This document shows, one piece after another, positions 1 to 8,067 of a stretch of DNA of 64,000 nt. The DNA is from an uncultured Verrucomicrobiota bacterium (GTDB lineage: Bacteria > Verrucomicrobiota > Kiritimatiellia > RFP12 > UBA1067), in NCBI GenBank assembly GCA_946610035.1, contig CAMOCC010000003.1, positions 3,713 through 67,712 of the forward strand, written 5' to 3'. Under the pieces are notes generated by a model. That model was not told the DNA's origin. It saw only the letters and a program-made list of their open reading frames with translations, and did no database searches. Positions within the stretch are counted from its first letter, which is position 1. Each line of letters starts with the position of its first letter. A program made the position numbers and the translations under genes.

Positions 1-94
1 TCGGCGTATGCCTGCTCTGCCGCGGTTGACTTTAGGTCCATGCTCGATCCCGGCGATGCCGCCATCATTTATGCCACACAACGCAGGGCCGTTT

Positions 95-103
95 TGGTAT
101 AAT
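95..103 (+). promoter_or_regulatory. Extended -10 promoter TGGTATAAT for hisH; apparent leaderless start
   Basis: Exact TGgTATAAT at 95-103. The hisH ATG at 113 lies 9 nt after the hexamer, with no room for an SD. Confidence 0.6.
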
Positions 104-112
104 ATACGGCCA

Positions 113-724
113 ATGACAGCTATAATAGACTACAAGGCAGGCAATTTGACGAGTGTGAAGCTCGCCTTCGCCGCGTTGGGCGCGGAGGCCGCGGTCACAC
201 GCGACCCCGAGGCGATCCGGAGCGCCGACCGGATCGTCTTCCCCGGTGTCGGCGCGGCGAAAAGCGCGATGGAGAACCTTCGTGCGCTGGGCCTCACGGA
301 CGTCGTCCGCGAGGCCGCCGTTTCCGGTAGGCCCTTTCTTGGCATCTGCCTCGGCATGCAGATACTTTTCGAGCGTTCCGAGGAGGACGGCGGCGTGGAG
401 ACGCTGGGCGTCATCCCCGGGCGCGTGAGGCGCTTCCCCGACGTCCCCGGCTTCAAGGTGCCGGAGATTGGCTGGAACCAGGTCTCGTTCCAGCTGCCAG
501 CCACCAACCACCAGCCGCCAGCCACCAACCACCAGCCGCCCGAATTCTACTTCGTCCACAGCTACTACGCCGAGATATGCCCGTACACCTGCGGGACGAC
601 CGAGTACGCGGGCGTCGAGTTCACGGCGATGGTGAAGAAGGGGAACCTCTGGGCGTGCCAGTTCCATCCGGAGAAGTCCGGCAGGCTCGGGCTCGATTTG
701 CTGAGGAGGTGGCTCTCATGCTGA
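113..724 (+). CDS. hisH: Imidazole glycerol phosphate synthase, glutamine amidotransferase subunit HisH
   Basis: From MTAIIDYKAGNLTSV: class I GATase motifs GICLGMQ, IGWNQV, FYFVHSY, QFHPEKS. I chose the internal ATG at 113 over the ORF-track start at 8 because of the promoter at 95-103. Contains an in-frame 2x21-bp repeat at 497-538. Confidence 0.9.
   Translation: MTAIIDYKAGNLTSVKLAFAALGAEAAVTRDPEAIRSADRIVFPGVGAAKSAMENLRALGLTDVVREAAVSGRPFLGICLGMQILFERSEEDGGVETLGVIPGRVRRFPDVPGFKVPEIGWNQVSFQLPATNHQPPATNHQPPEFYFVHSYYAEICPYTCGTTEYAGVEFTAMVKKGNLWACQFHPEKSGRLGLDLLRRWLSC
497..538 (+). repeat. Perfect 21-bp tandem duplication (ccagccaccaaccaccagccg x2) inside hisH, encoding PATNHQP PATNHQP
   Basis: Read directly: 497-517 and 518-538 are identical. 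In frame, between the conserved GWNQV and FYFVHSY motifs. Confidence 0.95.
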
Positions 725-1494
725 CGAAGAGGGTGATCCCCTGTCTCGACGTGCGCAAGGGGCGCGTCACGAAGGGCGTAAAGTTCAAGAACAACATCGA
801 CCTCGGCGATCCCGTTGAGATGGCCGTCGCCTACTCCGACGGCGGAGCGGACGAACTCGTCTTCTACGACATCACCGCATCGGCGGAGCGCCGACCCATA
901 GACATCGGGATGGTCGAGTCCGTCGCGAAGGCCATCCGCATCCCGTTCGCCGTCGGAGGCGGCATTTCGTCCGTCGCCGACATGGAGCGCGTGATCCTCG
1001 CCGGCGCGGAGAAGATTTCCGTCAATTCGCTCGCCGTCCGCAATCCGCAGGTCATCGCGGAGGGCGCGAAGGCGTTCGGCGCACAGTGCGTCGTCCTCGG
1101 GATGGATCCCGTGAAGAGCGACAACCCGAAGTGTCCGAGCGGCTACGAGATCACGACGCGCGGGTTCCGGGAGTTCACCGGGATGGACGCCGTCGAGTGG
1201 GCGAAGCGGGCGGCCGACCTTGGGGCCGGCGAGATCGTCGTGAACTCAGTGGATGCGGACGGGACGCGCGCCGGGTTCGAGCTCACGATCACGCGGCTCA
1301 TCGCCGAGGCGGTGGGCGTCCCCGTCGTCGCCTCGGGCGGCGCCGGGAAGCCCGAACACCTCGTCACCGTCTTCCGCGAGGCCGGGGCGGACGCCGCGAT
1401 CGTCGCCGGGATGATACACACGGGCGACTGCACAATCGAGCGGATCAAGCGCGAGATGTCCGCCGCCGGCGTCCCGACGAGGATGAGCTGGTAG
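718..1494 (+). CDS. hisF: Imidazole glycerol phosphate synthase cyclase subunit HisF
   Basis: MLTKRVIPCLDV..., a HisF-type TIM barrel signature. The ATG at 718 overlaps the hisH stop (ATGCTGA). Confidence 0.92.
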   Translation: MLTKRVIPCLDVRKGRVTKGVKFKNNIDLGDPVEMAVAYSDGGADELVFYDITASAERRPIDIGMVESVAKAIRIPFAVGGGISSVADMERVILAGAEKISVNSLAVRNPQVIAEGAKAFGAQCVVLGMDPVKSDNPKCPSGYEITTRGFREFTGMDAVEWAKRAADLGAGEIVVNSVDADGTRAGFELTITRLIAEAVGVPVVASGGAGKPEHLVTVFREAGADAAIVAGMIHTGDCTIERIKREMSAAGVPTRMSW

Positions 1495-1531
1495 CGTACC
1501 GCAATGCGACTTAACAACTAAAAAGGCGAAT

Positions 1532-3088
1532 ATGGCCACAGATCATTCCAAGTTCCAGAGGATCGTGATCCTCGACTACGGTTCACAGTACACGCAGCTC
1601 ATCGCAAGGAGGATCCGCGAGCAGCAGGTCTTCTCCGAGATCATCCGCTTCGACACGACGGCGGAGAAGCTCAGGGAGAACATGCCGCAGGGCATAATCC
1701 TCTCGGGTGGGCCCAACAGCGTCTTCGAGGAGGGAGCGCCCGGGATCGACCCCGGGATATTCAACCTCGGCGTCCCAGTCCTTGGCATCTGCTACGGAAT
1801 GCAGCTCATGAGCCAGCAGCTGGGCGGGCGCGTCGAGCCCGGCACCGCGCGCGAGTACGGGAAGACGGAGATGACGACCGAGCCCGGCAACGTGCTCTTC
1901 ACCGGCATCCCCGAGAAGTCGGTCGTATGGATGAGCCACGGCGACCGCGTCGCGGCGATTCCCGAGGGCTTCAAGGTCTCCGCCACGAGCGCGAACTGCC
2001 CGTACGCGGCCATCCGCAACGAGGCGAAGAGGTTCTACGCGATCCAGTTCCACCCCGAGGTCGTCCACACGCAGTTCGGCAACCAGATCATCGCGAACTT
2101 CCTCTTCAAGATCTGCGGGTGCAAGGCGGACTGGAAGCTCTCGACGTGGATCGAGGACACCGTCGAGAGGCTGAAGGAGCAGGTCGGCGACGACGAGGTC
2201 GTGCTGGGTCTCTCGGGCGGTGTCGACTCGTCCGTCGTGGCGGTTCTCCTCCACAAGGCGATTGGACGTCGGCTCCACTGCATCTTCGTGGACAACGGGC
2301 TCCTCCGCTACAACGAGGACGTCCAGGTGGAGGAGATGTTCAAGACCAAGCTCGGGCTGGACCTCACGGTGGCACATGCCGCGCAGAGGTTCTACAAGGA
2401 GCTGAAGGGCGTCTCCGACCCGGAGCAAAAGCGCAAGATCATCGGACGCGAGTTCATCAACGTCTTCGCGGAGGAGGCGAGGAAGTTCAGACACTGCCGG
2501 TTCCTCGGCCAGGGCACGATCTATCCCGACGTCATCGAGAGCTCGCATGCGCTGAAGGGTCCGTCGCAGACGATCAAGTCCCACCACAACGTCGGCGGGC
2601 TTCCGCCGGACCTCAAGTTCGAGCTCGTCGAGCCGCTTCGCGACCTCTTCAAGGACGAGGTGCGCGCCGTCGGACGAGTCCTCGGCATGGACCCGGAGCT
2701 ACTCGACCGCCAGCCGTTCCCGGGGCCGGGACTCGGCGTCAGGATCCTCGGCGAGGTCACGGAGGAGAAGGTGAAGCTCCTGCAGCAGGCGGACTTGCGC
2801 GTCCAGGAGGAGGTCAGGAAGCTTCCCGACTACAAGACGATATGGCAGACGTTCGCGGTGCTGCTGCCGGTGAAGACGGTCGGCGTCATGGGCGACCAGA
2901 GGACATACGAGTACACGTGCGCCATAAGGTCCGTAAACTCCATCGACGCCATGACGGCGGACTGGACCCACCTCCCCTACGAGACCCTCGCCACGATGTC
3001 CAACAGGATCATCAACGAGGTGCGCGGCATCAACCGCGTCGTATACGACATCTCGTCCAAGCCGCCGGCGACGATCGAGTGGGAGTAG
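1532..3088 (+). CDS. guaA: GMP synthase (glutamine-hydrolysing)
   Basis: 518 aa. N-terminal GATase (GICYGMQ, QFHPE), PP-loop SGGVDSSV, C-terminal ...KPPATIEWE. Confidence 0.95.
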   Translation: MATDHSKFQRIVILDYGSQYTQLIARRIREQQVFSEIIRFDTTAEKLRENMPQGIILSGGPNSVFEEGAPGIDPGIFNLGVPVLGICYGMQLMSQQLGGRVEPGTAREYGKTEMTTEPGNVLFTGIPEKSVVWMSHGDRVAAIPEGFKVSATSANCPYAAIRNEAKRFYAIQFHPEVVHTQFGNQIIANFLFKICGCKADWKLSTWIEDTVERLKEQVGDDEVVLGLSGGVDSSVVAVLLHKAIGRRLHCIFVDNGLLRYNEDVQVEEMFKTKLGLDLTVAHAAQRFYKELKGVSDPEQKRKIIGREFINVFAEEARKFRHCRFLGQGTIYPDVIESSHALKGPSQTIKSHHNVGGLPPDLKFELVEPLRDLFKDEVRAVGRVLGMDPELLDRQPFPGPGLGVRILGEVTEEKVKLLQQADLRVQEEVRKLPDYKTIWQTFAVLLPVKTVGVMGDQRTYEYTCAIRSVNSIDAMTADWTHLPYETLATMSNRIINEVRGINRVVYDISSKPPATIEWE

Positions 3089-3172
3089 GGAGAGTTAAGA
3101 GTTAAAAGTTAAGAGTTTAGAGTTGAGGGATGTGAGTTGAGAGTGAAGAGTAGAAAGGAAGGATGAATTGAG

Positions 3173-5020
3173 ATGTGCGGAATAGTAGGATTCACGTCGT
3201 TGTCGACGCCGGCCGTCGGACCGCTTGTGAGCGGCCTGAGGCGGCTTGAATACCGCGGATACGACTCCGCCGGCGTCGCGCTTGAGGGTGCGGACGGAAT
3301 ACACGTCTACAAGCAGACCGGCAAGGTCGCGGAGCTGGACAAGCTCCTCAAGAATGCGCTGAAGACGGACGAGGAGCGCGCGAAGTACACTATAGGCATC
3401 GCACACACGCGCTGGGCGACGCACGGTCTGCCGACGTGCGCAAACGCGCATCCGCACGTTGCGGACGGAGGGAACCTCGCGCTCGTGCACAACGGCATCA
3501 TCGAGAACTACGCCGCGCTGCGTGCTGGGCTGGAGAAGCGCGGATGCAAGTTCCTTTCGCAGACCGACACCGAGGTCCTCGCGCACCTCGTCGCGACGTT
3601 CGACAAGGGCGACCTCCTCTCCGCCGTTTCGCAGGCGCTGAAGCAGGTCGAGGGAACCTACGGGATTGCCGTCATATCCGCCCGCCATCCGGGCGAGATG
3701 ATCGTCGCGCGCAAGGGCTCGCCGCTCGTCATCGGCGTCGGCGAGCACGAGACCGTCGTCGCGAGCGACGTCTCGGCGATCGTCGCCTACACGCGCCAGG
3801 TGATATACTTGAAGGACGGCGACGTCGCGCGCATCACGCCGGAGGGCTTCTCCATCTGCTCGCTGGACAACGCGCCGGTCTCCCGCGAGGTGCAGGAGGT
3901 CGACTGGGACCTCGGCGCGATCGAGAAGGGCGGCTACGAGCACTTCATGCTCAAGGAGATCTTCGAGCAGCCCGATGCGCTGAAGAACACGATCCGCGGA
4001 CGCCTCGACACGTCGGCGGGGACGGCGATCCTCTCGGGGCTCAACCTCCCGCCGCGCGAACTTGCGGCGATAAGGCGGCTCGTCATAATCGGCTGCGGAA
4101 CGTCCCTCCACGCGGGCATGGTCGGCAAGTACCTCTTCGAGGGCCTTGCTGACCTTCCGACCTCGCCGGAGCAGGCGGCGGAGTTCCGGTACTCGAATCC
4201 CATAGTTGGCCCTGACGACTGGGTGATCGCGCTGTCGCAGTCCGGCGAGACGGCGGACACCCTCGCGGCGGTGCGCGAGTCGATCCGCAAGGGTGCGCTC
4301 GTCTCGGGCCTCTGCAACGTCGTCGGCTCGACGATCGCGCGCGAGGCCGGGAGGGGCGTCTACCTGCATGCGGGGCCGGAGATTTCCGTCGCCTCGACCA
4401 AGGCGTTCACCGCGCAGGTTACGGCGCTTCTCATGATGGCGCTCAAGATGGGCCGCACGCGGCGCCTCTCGCGCGAGGCGGGCGACAGGCTGGTGTCCGA
4501 AATCCAGCGCATACCGGAGCTGGTGGCCGAGGTGCTGAAGCAGAACGACGCAATCGCCCGTATCGCGGAGAAGTACGCGAAGGCGGACGACATGTTCTTC
4601 ATCGGACGCGGCATCCTCTATCCGACGGCGCTCGAGGGCGCGCTCAAGATCAAGGAGGTCGCCTACGTCCACGCCGAGGGCTACCAGGCGGCGGAGCTCA
4701 AGCACGGCCCCATCGCGCTCCTCTCGCCCGAGACGCCGGTCGTCGCGCTCCTCGCGGACATCCCCGGCAAGGAGAAGACGGTCGGGAACGTCCAGGAGTG
4801 CAAGGCGCGCCGCGCGCCCGTCATCGGAATAGCGACGGATGGGGACGCCGACGCAGCGGCCCATGTGGACGACGCGATCTTCATACCGCGCGTCTCGCCT
4901 TCGCTCTCGCCGATAGTGACGGTCGTCGCCCTGCAGCTCTTCGCATACCATGTCGCGCGGCTGAGGGGCTGCGAGATCGACCAGCCCAGGAACCTTGCGA
5001 AGTCGGTGACTGTGGAGTGA
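3173..5020 (+). CDS. glmS: Glutamine--fructose-6-phosphate aminotransferase
   Basis: Starts MCGIVGF (Ntn Cys). Two SIS domains. Ends ...NLAKSVTVE. 615 aa. Confidence 0.95.
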   Translation: MCGIVGFTSLSTPAVGPLVSGLRRLEYRGYDSAGVALEGADGIHVYKQTGKVAELDKLLKNALKTDEERAKYTIGIAHTRWATHGLPTCANAHPHVADGGNLALVHNGIIENYAALRAGLEKRGCKFLSQTDTEVLAHLVATFDKGDLLSAVSQALKQVEGTYGIAVISARHPGEMIVARKGSPLVIGVGEHETVVASDVSAIVAYTRQVIYLKDGDVARITPEGFSICSLDNAPVSREVQEVDWDLGAIEKGGYEHFMLKEIFEQPDALKNTIRGRLDTSAGTAILSGLNLPPRELAAIRRLVIIGCGTSLHAGMVGKYLFEGLADLPTSPEQAAEFRYSNPIVGPDDWVIALSQSGETADTLAAVRESIRKGALVSGLCNVVGSTIAREAGRGVYLHAGPEISVASTKAFTAQVTALLMMALKMGRTRRLSREAGDRLVSEIQRIPELVAEVLKQNDAIARIAEKYAKADDMFFIGRGILYPTALEGALKIKEVAYVHAEGYQAAELKHGPIALLSPETPVVALLADIPGKEKTVGNVQECKARRAPVIGIATDGDADAAAHVDDAIFIPRVSPSLSPIVTVVALQLFAYHVARLRGCEIDQPRNLAKSVTVE

Positions 5021-5027
5021 GTCGGCG

Positions 5028-7232
5028 GTGAAGAGGGACGAGCGCAGAGGCTACGGATTCGGGACGTTCCAGGGCGTCTTCACCCCCAGCATACTCACGA
5101 TCATCGGCGTCGTGATGTACCTCCGCTTCGGGTGGATGCTAGGCCACGTCGGCCTTGCGACGTCCCTGGTCATCGTGACGATTGGAAGCATAATAACCTT
5201 CCTGACGGGGCTTTCCATATCCGCCCTCGCATCCAACATGCGTATGGAGGGCGGCGGGGCGTACTACATGCTCTCGCGGTCCTTCGGCGCGGAGGCCGGC
5301 GTTGCGCTCGGGATACCGCTTGCGCTCTCGCAGGCGATAAGCGTCTCGTTCTACGTCGCGGGCTTCGCCGAGGCGCTCGTCAACTCGGGCCTTCCGGTCG
5401 TCGGCGGATGGGACCCCCGCATCGTCGGCTTCACGACGCTTTCGGTCCTCGCGGTCGTCTCGACGATAAGCGCCAACATCGCGCTCAAGAGCCAGTACTT
5501 CATCATGGCGGCGATAGCGTTCTCGCTCGTCGCCTTCTTCATGGGCGGGACGCCGGCGAACCTTGTCGCGCCGCCGGAGGAGCCGGAGTCCATCGGCTTC
5601 TGGCCCGTCTTCGCGGTCTTCTTCCCGGCGGTGACGGGGATACTCTCGGGCGTCGGGATGTCGGGCGACCTGAGGCGTCCGCGCAAGTCGATCCCGCGCG
5701 GCACAATCGCCGCGGTGCTGACCGGGTACGCGGTCTACATGACCGTCCCGATCGTCCTCAACCGTTTCGTGTCCGATCCCGCGATCCTCAAGACCGATTC
5801 GATGATACTCGCCAAGTGCGCCCGCTGGTCGGTCGCGATCCTTGTCGGAGTCTGGGCGGCGACGCTCTCGAGCGCGGTCGGGAGCTTCCTCTGTGCGCCG
5901 CGCGTCTGCCAGGCTCTGGCAAGGGACCGCATCCTGCCGCGCCTCTTCGGAATCGGCTTCGGCAGGACGGACGACCCGAGGCTGGCCGCGATGGTCTGCT
6001 TCGCGATCGCCGCGGCGGGGCTGTGGTTCGGCGACATAAACGTGATAGCGCCGATCCTCACGATGTTCAACCTCTCGACGTACGCCCTGCTCAACCTCTC
6101 GGCGGGGCTGGAGTCCGCAATGGGCAACCCCTCGTGGCGGCCGACATTCCGCGTAAAGGCCGTGTTCTCGCTTCTCGGCTTCGCGCTGTGCATCGGCGCG
6201 ATGTTCATGATAAGTCCGGGATGGACCTTCGCCGCCCTTGGGTGCGAGGCGCTCCTGTACTGGACGGTGAAGCGCCGTGCGCTGAGGGCGCGCTGGGGCG
6301 ACATGCGCACGGGGCTTCTCGTCGCCCTCGCCCGCTTTGCGATGGTGCGGCTGGAGGGCAGGGACAAGGACTTCCGCAACTGGAGGCCGGACGTCCTTGC
6401 GTTCGTGGGGCTGCCGATCAAGTCGTCCGAGGTCGTCCACCTCTCACGTGCGATATCGGGGAACAGGGGGATGGTGACCCTCGCCTCGGTGATTCCCGAG
6501 GCGGCGGGAACGCCCGAGCGCGAGCAGGAGCTGTCGGTCTTCCTCCGCAACGCGGCGAGGAAGGAGGGGCTCAACGCGCTCGTCCGCATCCACGCGGCGC
6601 CGGATCAGTGGAAGGGCATGAAGGAGCTCGTACGGCTCTACGGGTTCGGTCCGTTCGTCCCTGACACGATCCTCCTCGGCGTCCCGGCGAAGGACGCGCA
6701 GCTGGGGCCGATCGCGGAGCTGACGTACTTCCTCTCATCCCGAAGCCGCAACGCCGTTCTTGTGCGCGACAGGCTCGACGTCGCCGAGGATGAGCCCGGT
6801 CCGGAGCGTAGGATCGACATCTGGTGGCGCGGAAAGAACCAGAACGGTCCGTTCATGCTCGCCCTTGCAAGGCTCATGGAGCAGGAGCAGAGCGCGAGGT
6901 GCAGGTTGCGAATCTGCCAGGTTGCCGAGCAGGGCGTCGACCCCGGCGATGCGAAGCGGCTGCTCAAGGCCTTCCTCGACGAGGCGCGAGTGGAGGCTGA
7001 TGTGTTCGTAAAGGCGTACGACCCCGCAACGCCCCCCGTCGACAGCCTCGCCAAGGCGTCCGCCGACGCGGAATTCGCCTTCATCGGACTTCGTTCGCCT
7101 GGCGAAGGGGAGTCCCCGACGGACTATGCGGACTACTTCGCCACGATGCGCGACGCGACTGCGGCGCTTCCGTGTGCGATCTTCGCACTCGCCGCCGAAG
7201 GAGTGGACTTCAAGCGCATATACAGGGAGTGA
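5028..7232 (+). CDS. Cation:chloride cotransporter-like (SLC12/APC superfamily) membrane transporter with cytoplasmic C-terminal domain
   Basis: 734 aa, GTG start. N-terminal FGTFQGVFTPSILTIIGVVMYLRFGWMLG is typical of SLC12-type permeases. About 12 hydrophobic segments, then a ~300-aa soluble tail. Confidence 0.75.
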   Translation: MKRDERRGYGFGTFQGVFTPSILTIIGVVMYLRFGWMLGHVGLATSLVIVTIGSIITFLTGLSISALASNMRMEGGGAYYMLSRSFGAEAGVALGIPLALSQAISVSFYVAGFAEALVNSGLPVVGGWDPRIVGFTTLSVLAVVSTISANIALKSQYFIMAAIAFSLVAFFMGGTPANLVAPPEEPESIGFWPVFAVFFPAVTGILSGVGMSGDLRRPRKSIPRGTIAAVLTGYAVYMTVPIVLNRFVSDPAILKTDSMILAKCARWSVAILVGVWAATLSSAVGSFLCAPRVCQALARDRILPRLFGIGFGRTDDPRLAAMVCFAIAAAGLWFGDINVIAPILTMFNLSTYALLNLSAGLESAMGNPSWRPTFRVKAVFSLLGFALCIGAMFMISPGWTFAALGCEALLYWTVKRRALRARWGDMRTGLLVALARFAMVRLEGRDKDFRNWRPDVLAFVGLPIKSSEVVHLSRAISGNRGMVTLASVIPEAAGTPEREQELSVFLRNAARKEGLNALVRIHAAPDQWKGMKELVRLYGFGPFVPDTILLGVPAKDAQLGPIAELTYFLSSRSRNAVLVRDRLDVAEDEPGPERRIDIWWRGKNQNGPFMLALARLMEQEQSARCRLRICQVAEQGVDPGDAKRLLKAFLDEARVEADVFVKAYDPATPPVDSLAKASADAEFAFIGLRSPGEGESPTDYADYFATMRDATAALPCAIFALAAEGVDFKRIYRE

Positions 7233-7277
7233 CGCCTCGCTGAAATGGGAGGTCGAATTTTTTTTGAAAATACCCCC

Positions 7278-7306
7278 TTGTCCGCTGACGGCAGATATGA
7301 TATACT
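7278..7306 (+). promoter_or_regulatory. Promoter of tRNA-Ala (-35 TTGTCC, 17-nt spacer, extended -10 TGATATACT)
   Basis: TTGTCC at 7278-7283, TG at 7298-7299, TATACT at 7301-7306. The tRNA starts at 7327. Confidence 0.6.
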
Positions 7307-7326
7307 ATCACCTGTTTTCACCACTT

Positions 7327-7402
<76 letters not shown>

Positions 7403-7411
7403 AATCGAAAG

Positions 7412-7451
7412 TGCGTTTCGCCCAATGAATACAAGGGTGAAGCGCATTTTT
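7412..7451 (+). terminator. Rho-independent terminator after tRNA-Ala
   Basis: 12-bp stem 7412-7423 / 7435-7446 (2 G-U pairs), 11-nt loop, then TTTTT at 7447-7451. Confidence 0.65.
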
Positions 7452-7508
7452 GTTTCGTTGAAAGGTCGCTGCTACCCATGTTTGCGGTGGAAATGGGAGC
7501 GCGGATGG

Positions 7509-7516
7509 TGTATAAT
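7509..7516 (+). promoter_or_regulatory. -10 element (GTGTATAAT) driving structured RNA copy A
   Basis: TATAAT at 7511-7516 preceded by TG. It is homologous in position and flanks to the promoter at 18096-18104. Confidence 0.5.
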
Positions 7517-7526
7517 GGCCGCCGTT

Positions 7527-7704
7527 CAAGACATCAAGATGCTTTCGCGCAAGCGAAGCACCAACCGAGCGGAAGCCACGGTGGTTCCGGCAAGATGCCG
7601 GGATGTGTCCCGAAAAGGGAAAACATCTTCCCATCAGGCGCCCGTCTTGAACCGAGACGGGTGGCTTTGCGGTTGCGGGACATGGCGTCTTCTTGATGTG
7701 CTTG
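7527..7704 (+). ncRNA. Candidate structured RNA / conserved 5' leader, copy A (unassigned family)
   Basis: Closing helix 7531-7538 / 7692-7699. GNRA (GCAA) hairpin 7540-7560. Conserved CCAACCGAGCG...GCCACGGTGG. TCCC-GAAAA-GGGA hairpin 7608-7620. Hairpin 7641-7661 followed by GGTGGCTT. Alignable to 18116-18289 with compensatory changes. Confidence 0.55.
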
Positions 7705-7719
7705 TGCGGACAGGATGAC

Positions 7720-8067
7720 ATGATTCCGAAGGAGAAGAAGGACGAATGCGTGGCGCGGTTCACGCAAAACCCCTACTGGCGGGCGTATCTCGACAATGCG
7801 CCCGAAAGCGCAAAGGCGTACATCAAGATGATGTTCACCTTCTCGCTTCTTGGTGAAGGTGAACGCAACGGAGAATTCAAGGAGCAGTTCGCAACTGAAC
7901 GGAATTCTCTACCAGCAGACGCGCTTCTCTCTTTACGAGAACGAGAAAAATACAATGGCGAAGAGAATCTACAAGAAGTTGCTCTACACGAAAGTCGCAA
8001 CGCCCGACGACGACAACGGCGGCGAGCGAACGCACATCACGGAAGACGCGATGCATTCCGCCCTTGA
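7720..8067 (+). CDS. Hypothetical protein (small ORF, overlaps next ORF out of frame; possible frameshifted N-terminus)
   Basis: ATG at 7720 just after RNA copy A. The first ~75 residues look protein-like (MIPKEKKDECVARFTQNPYWRAYLDNAPESAKAYIKMMF...). The Arg-rich tail after about 7955 looks non-coding. Confidence 0.35.
   Translation: MIPKEKKDECVARFTQNPYWRAYLDNAPESAKAYIKMMFTFSLLGEGERNGEFKEQFATERNSLPADALLSLREREKYNGEENLQEVALHESRNARRRQRRRANAHHGRRDAFRP

Noticed and set aside
3089-3172. glmS ribozyme upstream of glmS.
   Set aside because: The leader is a C-free low-complexity tract that cannot form the paired glmS ribozyme core. No conserved ribozyme segments were seen.
3095-4951. 618-aa minus-strand ORF antisense to glmS. 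Similar long antisense ORFs occur at 1583..2587, 5139..6440, 19649..21286, 22917..25232, 26035..27684, 28801..30837, 39194..41119 and 58839..61073.
   Set aside because: Each lies opposite a confidently identified + strand gene. Each has the Arg/Ala/Gly/Pro-heavy, low-complexity composition typical of shadow frames in GC-rich DNA. None shows a recognisable motif.
113-5020. Run of three consecutive glutamine amidotransferase systems (hisHF, guaA, glmS) as a functional cluster.
   Set aside because: These are unrelated pathways with different GATase classes and separate intergenic regions. It is most simply a coincidence of housekeeping gene order.
7233-7266. Terminator after the SLC12-like transporter gene (T8 run at 7258-7265).
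   Set aside because: The preceding hairpin is only about 4-5 bp with a 10-nt loop, too weak to call with confidence.
7527-7704. Retron msr/msd interpretation of the structured RNA (5'/3' closing helix like a1/a2).
   Set aside because: No reverse transcriptase (no YxDD-containing ORF) lies next to either copy or anywhere in the window.
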